A stretch of 64,000 nucleotides of DNA from a virus (IMGVR_UViG_3300009553_000023:1448-65447); one strand, 5' to 3'. Shown: positions 1 through 9,136, counted from the stretch's first letter. The notes: a model not told the origin generated them from the letters alone. Program-made: numbers and translations.

Positions 1-3
1 GGA

Positions 4-1413
4 ATGGAGCCTGCTCGGGCGCCGCGTGAGTATCAACGTGTGGCGGCTGACTTGGCGCTGACGACGGGGCATCTCCTCCTCGCTGACGATCTCGGTCTCG
101 GCAAGTCAATGAGCAGTCTGCTCATGCTTCGTGACCCTGAGGCGTTGCCAGCGCTGATCGTCTGCCCGACTCACCTACCTGAGCAGTGGGTCTCGGAGCT
201 GGGGAAGACCTTCCCGCTGCTGCGGACGCACATCATCCGCTCGCTCAAGGTCTACGACCCTGCCGAGCGTCGAGAGATGGGCGGCCACAACCCAGACGTG
301 CTGATAATCAACTACGCGAAGCTGCGCGGCTGGGGAGACCACCTCGCCGGTCAGGTCAAGACGGTGATCTTCGATGAGGTTCAGGAACTGCGCCGGGCAG
401 ATTCCGACAAGTATGTCGCCGCCGCCCAGATTGCAGACGGCGCGACCTACAAGATGGGCCTCTCCGCGACTCCCGTCTACAACTACGGCGGCGAGACGCA
501 CAACATCTTCCAGGTGCTTGCTCCCGAAGTCCTTGGGAGCCGCGAAGAGTTTGCGCGCGAGTGGGGGAGCGGCTACTGGCACGACCAGGTTGAAGTCGCC
601 GATCCAGCCGCGCTGGGGACCTATCTTCGGAACGAGGGGCTGCTACTTCGGCGCACCCGCAAAGACGTGGGCCGGGAGCTGCCCGAGGTGGTCAGGGTCA
701 CCCACGCCATCGACTCCGATGAGAAGGTCTACGACAAGCTGACCGGCGAGGCGATCGACCTCGCCAAGCTGATCCTGAATTCGGAGGCCGAGCGAAAAGA
801 GCGCTGGCAGGCATCCGGCGAACTGGACTGGCGCCTTCGCCAAGCGACTGGCATCGCCAAGGCCCCCTACGTCGCTGACTTCACGCGCTTGCTCTTGGAG
901 AGCGAGGAGTCGGTCGTTTTGTTCGGGTGGCATCGTGCCGTCTACGACATATGGGCCGAGCGGCTTGCCGACTTCGATCCTGTCTTCTACACGGGGGAGG
1001 AGAGCCCGGCGGCAAAGCAGCGGTCTCGGGACGAGTTCGTCTCAGGTCGGAGCCGCGTGCTCATCATGTCGCTCAGAGCTGGGCTCGGCCTGGACGGTCT
1101 TCAGGAGCGCTCCCATGTCGCTGTATTTGGGGAGTTGGACTGGTCTCCTGGAATGCACGACCAATGCGTTGGGCGGCTGCACCGCGACGGACAAGGCGAA
1201 TCGGTGGTCGCTTATTTCCTCGTCAGCGAGACGGGCGCCGATCCACCGATGGCTGAGGTGCTGAATCTCAAGCGGATGCAGAGCGAGCCGCTCATCGACC
1301 CGGAAGCCGAGTTGTTCACAGCGGCCGATCGCACGGGTCGCATCCGCCAACTCGCGGAGGAAGTCATGCGCCAGCGTCAAGCCCGGCCCCAACAGCAGTT
1401 GGTGGCCGCATGA
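4..1413 (+). CDS. SNF2-family helicase/ATPase (N-terminus may extend beyond window)
   Basis: Motifs LADDLGLGKS (I), DEVQ (II), SATP (III), GLGLDGLQ (V), QCVGRLHRDGQ (VI). Confidence 0.9.
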   Translation: MEPARAPREYQRVAADLALTTGHLLLADDLGLGKSMSSLLMLRDPEALPALIVCPTHLPEQWVSELGKTFPLLRTHIIRSLKVYDPAERREMGGHNPDVLIINYAKLRGWGDHLAGQVKTVIFDEVQELRRADSDKYVAAAQIADGATYKMGLSATPVYNYGGETHNIFQVLAPEVLGSREEFAREWGSGYWHDQVEVADPAALGTYLRNEGLLLRRTRKDVGRELPEVVRVTHAIDSDEKVYDKLTGEAIDLAKLILNSEAERKERWQASGELDWRLRQATGIAKAPYVADFTRLLLESEESVVLFGWHRAVYDIWAERLADFDPVFYTGEESPAAKQRSRDEFVSGRSRVLIMSLRAGLGLDGLQERSHVAVFGELDWSPGMHDQCVGRLHRDGQGESVVAYFLVSETGADPPMAEVLNLKRMQSEPLIDPEAELFTAADRTGRIRQLAEEVMRQRQARPQQQLVAA

Positions 1414-1598
1414 CGACCAGTCCCGCCACAGATCCTCTCCTAGCCCTACAGCTAAAGCTCCCCACCCATACCTACAGAGCAGTGAAGCTAAGGGCAAAGG
1501 AACTCCAAGGGGACGAGAGGGAGGCCTATCTCAAGGAGGTCCTGGCTCAGCGGGAGCGGAGCGAAGAGGCGGGGCAAGCAAAGAAAGAGGAGCCATGA
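1410..1598 (+). CDS. small hypothetical protein
   Basis: ATGA overlaps with both neighbouring genes (translational coupling). Confidence 0.6.
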   Translation: MTTSPATDPLLALQLKLPTHTYRAVKLRAKELQGDEREAYLKEVLAQRERSEEAGQAKKEEP

Positions 1599-2416
1599 GC
1601 GCAACCGCCGAGATCCCAACGGTCCAGTTCGCTGCCGAGGAGCGGCCCGACTGCGGGTGGTGCACTGGGCCGGGCGACGTGCTCGTCGAGATCGAGAAGG
1701 ACTCCAACCACTTCGTGGCGCGTTGCGATCGCTGCATCGACATGCCAGTCGAGCCCGACGAGGAGCACCTGAGCAAGAACGGCAAGCCCGCCTTCGACCT
1801 TACCCCGGAGCAACGCAACGCGATCTTCGCCGGCGACCACACCGCCATCAAGCTCAAACCCGGCGAGACCAAGCCAGAGGTAGAGGCAGGACAGACGGTC
1901 GTACTCGCTAGGTCTCGAGGCGGCAAGCAGTTCCTCGCCAAGACCGAGAGGGAGCGCAAGAAACGAGTGGAGGAAGGTCTCCCGCTCCTCGCCGAGATCC
2001 CGAGCGAGCCAACCGTCTGGATCGTCTTCCACGAGCCGAAGTTGAAGGAAGGTCGATGGCAGATCTCCTTCGACGCCCACGACACACGCGAAGCTGTCCG
2101 CACCCTCGCCAGCCCACCGACCGGCACACGCCTCCCCGGCCTCAAGACCCGCAAGCGCAGACGGGTCCCGAAGAAGGGCGAGTACAAAGCTCCAGGCCTC
2201 GGGCTCTCCGACGACGCAGCCCGCGGCTACGGAGGCGGTGGCAAGTCGACCGTTGATGAGCGCGAAGGTGTCGACGACGCCTCACTCCAGCGCTATGCGC
2301 AGCTCGCCGAAGAGGACGGTTTGAAGAGACGCACGAAGCACCGCCAGGCGGCCAAAATGATGGAGCGAGAGATGCGCGCTGCCGAGAATCGCAAGCGGAG
2401 ATTGCCGTCCGCTTGA
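1595..2416 (+). CDS. Zn-finger (CxxC..CxxC) plus degenerate ASCH-like domain protein
   Basis: CGWC...CDRC; EQRNAIFAGDHTA..GQTVVL resembles the ASCH signature of 50659..51048 (ELAEAILRGEKTA..GQVFTI); GAGGAG RBS. Confidence 0.6.
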   Translation: MSATAEIPTVQFAAEERPDCGWCTGPGDVLVEIEKDSNHFVARCDRCIDMPVEPDEEHLSKNGKPAFDLTPEQRNAIFAGDHTAIKLKPGETKPEVEAGQTVVLARSRGGKQFLAKTERERKKRVEEGLPLLAEIPSEPTVWIVFHEPKLKEGRWQISFDAHDTREAVRTLASPPTGTRLPGLKTRKRRRVPKKGEYKAPGLGLSDDAARGYGGGGKSTVDEREGVDDASLQRYAQLAEEDGLKRRTKHRQAAKMMEREMRAAENRKRRLPSA

Positions 2417-2442
2417 ATCCGTCCGCTGCAACCGTCTAGACT
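2413..2442 (+). promoter_or_regulatory. predicted sigma70-type promoter (putative late promoter)
   Basis: TTGAAT (2413-2418), 18 bp spacer, TAGACT (2437-2442); predicted TSS ~2449 coincides with the first RNA stem. Confidence 0.55.
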
Positions 2443-2448
2443 TATCGC

Positions 2449-2938
2449 GCTGTCCTGACCCAGGTTCGTCGCGGCCAATAGAGGCCGTCGCAGGTCAAGG
2501 GAACAGCCAGAAGTACCACCTCACCCACTTCTCCTTGGCGGCTTCGGTCGCAAGCGCTATGCCCTCGGAGCCCGTGCATGGGCTCGCTGGTCGCGGCCCC
2601 TTGGCCGGACGGGGTTCCGGTCGCGACCGGTTAATCCCAATCGAGGCAAGCGAAGGGGGCCCAACTTCAAGGACCGAGCCTGACCCTCTGGTCACTCGGT
2701 CTCACACTTCGGGGGACGGCTCGTGCGCGGGCACTCCTGTTCGGTAGCCAATCCGCGCAGGACCGCGTGTACGTAAAGAAGCTGGCCAGCGCCGACTCCC
2801 TCGAACCCTTGCAGGACCGCTCGCCCCCACCGCGAGCACATCGGACCAGCGGGACCGAGACCTCGTCCCGTCGAGAGACGGATGAGCCGAAAGGCCCGAC
2901 GAGGCCGGCCGCTGGCCGCTTCAAGGAAAGGACTGCAG
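2449..2938 (+). ncRNA. large structured RNA / late-operon leader, family unassigned
   Basis: Nested stems with UUCG and GNRA (GAGA, GAAA) tetraloops and G-U pairs on the + strand; no convincing CDS. Confidence 0.65.
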
Positions 2939-2940
2939 CG

Positions 2941-3027
2941 ATGAACGAGACCGTGACCACCTGGCGGCCCCGCAGCGAGAGCGCGCCTGGTCCACTGGAA
3001 CGAAACCGCGAAACACGGCAGATCTGA
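2941..3027 (+). CDS. 28-aa small ORF
   Basis: AAGGAAAGGA upstream of ATG; MNETVTTWRPRSESAPGPLERNRETRQI. Confidence 0.35.
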   Translation: MNETVTTWRPRSESAPGPLERNRETRQI

Positions 3028-3030
3028 GCC

Positions 3031-3144
3031 ATGTCCTTCATCTCAGGTGTAGCCATAGGCATCGCCTTCGTAATCGCAGTAGAGGCTGGGGTCATAGGCA
3101 TCTGGTACCTGATCGTCAAGTACGGAGAAGGCAAGGGGGACTGA
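3031..3144 (+). CDS. 37-aa single-TM membrane peptide
   Basis: Translated by hand: MSFISGVAIGIAFVIAVEAGVIGIWYLIVKYGEGKGD; not in ORF track. Confidence 0.55.
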   Translation: MSFISGVAIGIAFVIAVEAGVIGIWYLIVKYGEGKGD

Positions 3145-3153
3145 GGAGTTGCC

Positions 3154-3366
3154 ATGCCCTCCGTCAAGACAGCCAGGCGCCACGAACGCCGGCCAGGTCC
3201 ATACCCAGCCGATCGTCATTGCTCCTGCGGCGCTGTCCTCTCCCGCAACAACCCAGGCCCTCTCTGCGCTCCATGCCAAGGAGGAGATTGGCACTCACCG
3301 GATGAGCTGAGCACGAGACGTGAACTCAACCTGGCCCGCGGGCGAGTTGAAGGGCTAGTCGCGTAA
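3154..3366 (+). CDS. small Zn-ribbon protein
   Basis: CSCG...LCAPC; GAGGAG RBS. Confidence 0.6.
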   Translation: MPSVKTARRHERRPGPYPADRHCSCGAVLSRNNPGPLCAPCQGGDWHSPDELSTRRELNLARGRVEGLVA

Positions 3367-3749
3367 TGGGCAAGGGGATCGGCATGCCCGCCGCGCTCAA
3401 GCTCGAATGGTTCGCCCGGGTGATCCACGAGTTCTTCGGCGAGTACGCCTACCACGTCGGCTCTTCCCTGAAGTGCAGCATGGGGCAGGCGGAGACCTGG
3501 CGCGATGTCGATGTCCGGTTGATCCTCCCCGACGACGACTTCGATGCTCTCTTCGGCACCCTGACCGAACCGCGCTGCCTCAACCTGAAATGGAACGCAG
3601 CCTGCCTCGCCTTCGCCGCGCTCGGCCGGGACATAACCGGCCTACCGATCGACTTCCAGATCGACCGCATGACAGAGGCGAACAAGGAATACGACGGCGA
3701 GCCGCGCTCTGCGCTGATCCCGGCCGACCACATTCCGGCCCCGGCATGA
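3366..3749 (+). CDS. minimal nucleotidyltransferase (Pol-beta superfamily)-like protein
   Basis: hGS motif (YHVGSS), DVD (WRDVDVRLIL) and third Asp (PIDFQI). Confidence 0.7.
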   Translation: MGKGIGMPAALKLEWFARVIHEFFGEYAYHVGSSLKCSMGQAETWRDVDVRLILPDDDFDALFGTLTEPRCLNLKWNAACLAFAALGRDITGLPIDFQIDRMTEANKEYDGEPRSALIPADHIPAPA

Positions 3750-3844
3750 CCCTCTTCCACAAAGAAGACACCCTCCTCATCCTCATCCTCATAGCCATAG
3801 GGAGCCTTGCCGCCATCGTCCTTATCCAGTGGAGATGGGCGTGA
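3746..3844 (+). CDS. 32-aa membrane peptide
   Basis: MTLFHKEDTLLILILIAIGSLAAIVLIQWRWA; ATGA overlap. Confidence 0.5.
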   Translation: MTLFHKEDTLLILILIAIGSLAAIVLIQWRWA

Positions 3845-3887
3845 GGCCTCCTCGAGGTATTCCGCCCTTGAGGCCGAGGCCGGTGGG

Positions 3888-4370
3888 CTACCGCTTGCCC
3901 TGAAGGATCTCGCCGTCGTAGGGGACGCGCAGGCTGATCCCGAGATTCGGATTGCCTTCGCCCTGACCGATGTAGGCCATGCAGATCGCCTGCTTGCCCT
4001 CTTCCTTCAAACCACGTAGTCGCTTCCCGAGGCGGCGCGCGGTACCGCGAGGTAGATGCCCGACGAGCTCGCCGTCGACCTCGACGCGAACCGCGAATTT
4101 GTCGTGCGGGTTGTCGGGGTCAAGGACCAGCTCTGCACTGCACTCGTAGCCATGTTCGCCCTTCGCAGGGCACTGACTCACTCGCTTGAGCGCCGGTTGG
4201 TAGAAGGACTCGCCCACGACATTGATCCGCATGCAGTTGTCGTAGCGGCTCCAGTCGGGCTCGATGCCGGTCACCACCTTGCCGGCCATCGAGTGGCCCG
4301 GATGTGCAGCAGCAACCACCCGCTTCGGCCCAAAGAGCTTCCCCAGGAAGTTTCTGTCCTCGCTCGTCAC
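3888..4370 (-). CDS. HIRAN domain protein (moron)
   Basis: INVVGESFYQ...DPDNPHDKFAVRV...VGHLPR HIRAN signature; GTG at 4370 with GAGGAGGGG RBS. Confidence 0.8.
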   Translation of the reverse strand: MTSEDRNFLGKLFGPKRVVAAAHPGHSMAGKVVTGIEPDWSRYDNCMRINVVGESFYQPALKRVSQCPAKGEHGYECSAELVLDPDNPHDKFAVRVEVDGELVGHLPRGTARRLGKRLRGLKEEGKQAICMAYIGQGEGNPNLGISLRVPYDGEILQGKR

Positions 4371-4448
4371 CGATCCCCTCCTCGCGAATGGCCAGCAAGA
4401 GCCTAAACGCTCCGCAGAACTGGTGCGCTCGCCGCAGAAAGAGATGCG

Positions 4449-6404
4449 ATGCCTGAATTTGATCTCAAAACGGATGTCGAGAACCGCCAGGACGGAGTTA
4501 GCGGTGAGACGCGTGTAGGCCCGGGAACTCCTGAAGCTGGCGAGGGCTACCACGCAAAACTGCACAACGAAGTCAATGCGGCGGTTAATCAGGTTGGCGA
4601 AGAACTAGACTCGCTTGGCAGCGCAGCTACCAAGGCTGTAGGCGCGGCGGGCGAATCAGGGAAGGTACTCGCCTCCGATGACCCCGCGCTCGTCCGAAAC
4701 GTCAAGAGTTTCGGCGCCAAAGGCAACGGTGCCACTGATGACGCAACGCCGATCCGCGAAGCCATCAAAGCTGTCGCTGAAGCAGGCGGAGGGACGGTCT
4801 TCTTTCCTGCGGGGAACTACCGAATCGCTTCGAATGTCGCGCTCAAACCGAAGGTAGAAATAAGGGGTGCGGCGCGCGAGGCGACGCTGATCAAAGCCGA
4901 CATCGGCGTCACGGTCGCGCCGTTTACGGCGACCGAAATTGAAGACACCGTCGTGCGCGACCTGGCGATTGACGGGGACGCCGTGGTCTTCGTCGGCAAC
5001 ACCTTTGGGATTAGCTGGACTCGGTGTAAACGTGTTCGCCTCACCAACGTTCGGATCAAAAACACGTACCACATCGGCGCCTACAGTACCGAATGCACGG
5101 ACTACTCGATCGACAACTGCCTGCTTGACGAATGCGGGAAGACCTCTGCGACCCCGAACTGCATCCACGTGCTCAAGGGGACGCGCGCGAAGGTCGCCTT
5201 CAACACGGTGATCGATTGGGGCAACGGCGGGAACGGTCGTGCGGTCTACGTCTCCGAATCGCCAGAAACGCAGATCATCGGCAATAGCTTCGCCAATCCC
5301 GGTGGTGTCAACCACTCCCACATGATCTCGGTCGACGCCGCCTCGGACCGATGCGTCATCACCGACAACTTGCTGGAAAACAGCGGCTACCCCGGCGAAG
5401 GGCGCAAATGCGTCGGGATCAGCGTCATCAACTCCGATGACCCACTCATCGGCAACAACCGCATTAGGGAGCCCACGCAAGACAAAGGCTCCCTGGAGTG
5501 CATTCAGGTCGACGGAACGTCGAAGCGGGCGACGATCACGGGCAACCACTGCGAGTACGGCGATGACAATGGCATCACCGCGTGGGGCGCCGGCGAACAC
5601 GTCGTCTCGGGGAACCTGATCGAGTTCGCCGCGCACCACGGGATCTCCGTGAACTCGAACAACTGCACCGTCTCGGGCAATCTCGTCAAGAACTCTGGGC
5701 AGCACCCAGAAATCATCAACCCCTCGGGAATCGGGATTCTGAGCGGCGTAACCGGGACCGTCGTCACGGGCAATCGCTGCTTCGACGACCAGGCGACGAA
5801 GACCCAGCTCTGGGGCGTCATCGAGATCAGCACCGCCGACAAAAACACAATCCTCGGCAACGATCTGACGGGCAACAAAGAAGGTCCAGTTTCCTACGTC
5901 GGCGCCAACACGATCGTCGGCGCGAACCAAGGGATGACGCCTCGCAAGGGAGAGGTGGAGATCCACAATATTGGAGCGACCACTTTCGATGACGCTCGAG
6001 CCGCGGTGACGCCTCCACTCGGGACCCTGCTGTATCGAGAAGACACCGGCCAGCTTGCTGCCCGAACGGGGGCCAACATCTGGACGGCACTCGCGAAGGA
6101 CAAGACCGCGACGCTGACCGATGGGGCCGGGGTGACCCCGAACTTCGCTAATGGCAACCACTTCATCCTGGTTGCTAAAGGCAATCGCACTATCAACAAC
6201 GTGACCAATCGCCTGGCTGGTCAGACGATCACCATGAGCATCAAAAACGAAACCGGTGGCGCGATGACAACCACCTGGAACGAAGCCTTCAAATTGGCTG
6301 GCGCCTGGGTCGACCCCGCCAATGGCAAACGGCGAACGATCACCTTCTACTGCTATGACGGCTCGAACTGGGAAGAGCTGAGCCGCTCGGCTGCGGATAT
6401 CTAA
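4449..6404 (+). CDS. pectate-lyase-like right-handed beta-helix protein (spike/depolymerase)
   Basis: NVKSFGAKGNGATDD...GGGTVFFPAGNY Pectate_lyase_3 start; repeated I/V-x-G-N beta-helix rungs. Confidence 0.85.
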   Translation: MPEFDLKTDVENRQDGVSGETRVGPGTPEAGEGYHAKLHNEVNAAVNQVGEELDSLGSAATKAVGAAGESGKVLASDDPALVRNVKSFGAKGNGATDDATPIREAIKAVAEAGGGTVFFPAGNYRIASNVALKPKVEIRGAAREATLIKADIGVTVAPFTATEIEDTVVRDLAIDGDAVVFVGNTFGISWTRCKRVRLTNVRIKNTYHIGAYSTECTDYSIDNCLLDECGKTSATPNCIHVLKGTRAKVAFNTVIDWGNGGNGRAVYVSESPETQIIGNSFANPGGVNHSHMISVDAASDRCVITDNLLENSGYPGEGRKCVGISVINSDDPLIGNNRIREPTQDKGSLECIQVDGTSKRATITGNHCEYGDDNGITAWGAGEHVVSGNLIEFAAHHGISVNSNNCTVSGNLVKNSGQHPEIINPSGIGILSGVTGTVVTGNRCFDDQATKTQLWGVIEISTADKNTILGNDLTGNKEGPVSYVGANTIVGANQGMTPRKGEVEIHNIGATTFDDARAAVTPPLGTLLYREDTGQLAARTGANIWTALAKDKTATLTDGAGVTPNFANGNHFILVAKGNRTINNVTNRLAGQTITMSIKNETGGAMTTTWNEAFKLAGAWVDPANGKRRTITFYCYDGSNWEELSRSAADI

Positions 6405-6410
6405 TCCCTG

Positions 6411-6815
6411 ATGGGGGCGATCGGTTCAGCCACGATCGGCGGCGCCACGATCGGCGGCACCCCCGAACGCGACGAGATCCCCGTAGTCCAGTTGGACGAG
6501 GAGGGTGTCAGCCCCGGCCTTCAACAGGAGGGCGATCCGATTGTCGGTCACTACATCGCCGACAACACGGGGCGGACCGTCCTCGAGGTCGTCAACTCGG
6601 ACTCCTCCAGTCACAGCGTCACCGTCGAGACCCCTCTGGTGATCGAGGAAGTCAACGTGGAGGAGATCGTCGTCTCAATACCGCCAGGGGCAACCCGCCT
6701 GCTCGGCCCCTTCACCCCGAAGGTCTACAACCAGGCGGACGGCTCGGTCTTCGTGGACGTGAGCGACAGGCACCTGCTGATGCGGGCCTACCGGGTCGTG
6801 GCACCCGTCGCGTGA
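6411..6815 (+). CDS. virion structural protein, paralogue of 13398..13739
   Basis: Shared GPFxPxVxNQxxGxxFVxV...RAYRV C-terminus; N-terminal ATIGG x2 (15-bp tandem repeat 6429-6458). Confidence 0.65.
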   Translation: MGAIGSATIGGATIGGTPERDEIPVVQLDEEGVSPGLQQEGDPIVGHYIADNTGRTVLEVVNSDSSSHSVTVETPLVIEEVNVEEIVVSIPPGATRLLGPFTPKVYNQADGSVFVDVSDRHLLMRAYRVVAPVA

Positions 6816-6825
6816 CGCTCCCGTC

Positions 6826-7509
6826 ATGACGCCTCCAGGGGTTGCTCCGCCCGATCAACCACGCTGTGGAGCCAAGAAGCGCCAAGGCTCAGGCACCTGC
6901 ACCCAAGTGGCTGGCTGGGGCACGGATCACCCCGGCGTTGGCAAGTGCAAGCTCCACGGCGGTTGCACTGAATCCGGGCGCAAGGCAGCGCAGCGCGAAG
7001 GCGTTGAGCTGGAGGCTCAGCGCATGGTCGCCCTCGCTGGCGTCGACCAAGACCCGATCGAACACCTCCTCGAATCGCTGCACCTGGCCGCAGCCCTCGT
7101 CCGTGTCTGGGGAACGATGGTCGCCGCGATAGACGAGAAGGCTGAGGAGGAGGCAGGCGACGATGGCTTCCTGCGGGGCGAGCTCGGCTACGAGGAGATC
7201 GAAAGCGAGAAGGGCTTCACAGACACGATGGTCAGGCCGAAGGATCGGCTTATGGCGGTCGACAGCCGAGGCGAGTCACAAGTCCATCCCTACATGGTCG
7301 AGTACCAAAGAGCGCTTGAGCGCCGAGCCAAGTTCGCCAAGATGTGCCTCGACGCAGGGGTCGCAGAGCGCCAGGTCAAGGTCGTCGAATTCCAAGTCGA
7401 GCTTGCGCAGAACGCTTTGATTCGAACCCTCGACGCGATGGGCCTGGCCGGCGAGCAAAAGCAGGAGGCCCTTCGAACCTATGCTCGCGAACTCCGCGCC
7501 GGCACATGA
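6826..7509 (+). CDS. terS: terminase small subunit (HGGxSTG-like)
   Basis: CGAK..C..AGWGTDHPG.G.CKLHGG motif; directly upstream of TerL. Confidence 0.75.
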   Translation: MTPPGVAPPDQPRCGAKKRQGSGTCTQVAGWGTDHPGVGKCKLHGGCTESGRKAAQREGVELEAQRMVALAGVDQDPIEHLLESLHLAAALVRVWGTMVAAIDEKAEEEAGDDGFLRGELGYEEIESEKGFTDTMVRPKDRLMAVDSRGESQVHPYMVEYQRALERRAKFAKMCLDAGVAERQVKVVEFQVELAQNALIRTLDAMGLAGEQKQEALRTYARELRAGT

Positions 7510-9136
7510 CTTTGCTCATCTTCTAGCTGACCGCCTAGACCCACCGCATGACAGCGACCGCGAGATAGCGCTCGCGTGTGCGGCAAGCCTCTCGACCTTC
7601 ATCCGCGAGGCATGGCCGATCCTCGAGCCAGCCACGCCATTTGTGGACGGCTGGCACATCGACGTGGTTGCTGAGCACCTCGAAGCGGTCTCCCGCGGGG
7701 AACTGCTGCGGTTGATCGTCAACGTCCCGCCGCGGACCATGAAGAGCCTGACGACGGCTGTCTTTTGGCCTGCTTGGGACTGGCTAGACCACCCCTATCT
7801 GCGGTGGCTCTATGCCTCCTACGCCTCTGAACTGAGCCAGCGGGACTCGATGAAGATGCGCCGGCTGATCAAGTCGAAGGGCGGCGCCGAAGAGGGAACG
7901 ATCTTCGAGCGCATTGGCTACCAGGGCGTCCTGCGGTTGCTCTCCAGCGACCCGTGGGAACTGACCAAAGACCAGGACGCAAAGACGAAGTACGAGACCA
8001 CCGCAACGGGCTTCCGGCTCGCCACCTCTGTGGGTGCGATGGCGACGGGGGAGGGTGGAGACCGAGTGGTGGTCGACGACGCCCTCTCGGCCGAACAGGC
8101 GCGCTCAGACGCCGAACGCATCAAGGCGAACGAATGGTGGAGCGGGACCATGTCGACCCGCTTCAACAACGCTGGAGCGGCGGCAGTCATCGTCCAGCAG
8201 CGTCTCCACGAGGAAGACCTGACGGGCTACCTGCTTGAGCGTGGGGGGTGGCACCACCTCTGCCTCCCGGCCGAGTATGAGCCCAAGCACCCATTCGTCT
8301 ATCCCGACATGGTGCGGTTGCCTGATCGCGAAGAGACGGTCGAGGGCAAAGACGACGAGCCCGAAGTAGTTGTCAAGCCCGGCCGTGAACTTCCCGGTGA
8401 CCCCCGCACCGAGGAGGGCGAGCTGCTAGAGCCCGTCCGCCTCGGGCCCGCGAAGCTCGAAGAGCTGCTGCGGGAACAAGGCTCTTACGGCTATGCCGGC
8501 CAGCTTCAGCAGCGCCCAGCCCCCGCCGAAGGCGGCATGTTCAAGAAGCACTGGTGGAAACGCTTCGACGCAGAGGCGCCGCTGCCCATGTATACCCGCC
8601 TGGTCGTCTCCTGGGACATGCGCTTCAGCGACTCCCAGAAAGCCGCATCGAGCTACGTGGTGGGGCAGGTATGGGGTATCCGGGGAGCGGATCGCTATCT
8701 AGTCGGGCAGATCCGAGCGCGCCTCAGCTTCACGGAGACCCTGGCTGCGGTTGAAGCCCTAGACGAGTGGAAGCAGTGCGGGGCCAAGCTGATCGAGAAA
8801 AAGGCCAACGGCGAGGCCGTCCTCAACACGTTCAAGCACAAGATCCCCGGGCTGATCGACATCAACCCGAAAGAGAGCAAGGAGGCCCGCGCCGCTGCGG
8901 TGACTCCCGAAGTCGAGGCCGGGAACGTCTACTTGCCCCAGGGCGAATTCATCCCGGCCCCGAAGGGCTACGAACCCACGCGCACCGACGACTTCATGCA
9001 CGAGCACGCCGTCTTCCCGAACGGCTCCCACGACGACCAGGTGGACTGCCTGAGCCAGCTACTTGACTGGGTGGCGAAGTCCCCTATGACCGGGGCGCCG
9101 ATCATCCGTACTTCTCGCAGTCGGCACAAGCTGTGA
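7481..9136 (+). CDS. terL: terminase large subunit
   Basis: LIVNVPPRTMKS Walker A variant, VVVDD Walker B, QRLHEEDL, SWD and HDDQVD nuclease motifs. Confidence 0.93.
   Translation: MLANSAPAHDFAHLLADRLDPPHDSDREIALACAASLSTFIREAWPILEPATPFVDGWHIDVVAEHLEAVSRGELLRLIVNVPPRTMKSLTTAVFWPAWDWLDHPYLRWLYASYASELSQRDSMKMRRLIKSKGGAEEGTIFERIGYQGVLRLLSSDPWELTKDQDAKTKYETTATGFRLATSVGAMATGEGGDRVVVDDALSAEQARSDAERIKANEWWSGTMSTRFNNAGAAAVIVQQRLHEEDLTGYLLERGGWHHLCLPAEYEPKHPFVYPDMVRLPDREETVEGKDDEPEVVVKPGRELPGDPRTEEGELLEPVRLGPAKLEELLREQGSYGYAGQLQQRPAPAEGGMFKKHWWKRFDAEAPLPMYTRLVVSWDMRFSDSQKAASSYVVGQVWGIRGADRYLVGQIRARLSFTETLAAVEALDEWKQCGAKLIEKKANGEAVLNTFKHKIPGLIDINPKESKEARAAAVTPEVEAGNVYLPQGEFIPAPKGYEPTRTDDFMHEHAVFPNGSHDDQVDCLSQLLDWVAKSPMTGAPIIRTSRSRHKL

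Noticed and set aside
2861-2904. Hammerhead-ribozyme-like three-way junction (GTC, stem-GAGA, ATGA, stem-GAAA)
   Set aside because: Catalytic core is absent: ATGA instead of CTGATGA and CCGAC instead of GAAAC. Kept only as part of the larger RNA.
4656-6161. 501-aa minus-strand ORF (likewise 14612..16108, 35588..36568)
   Set aside because: Antisense shadows of well-supported genes in GC-rich DNA
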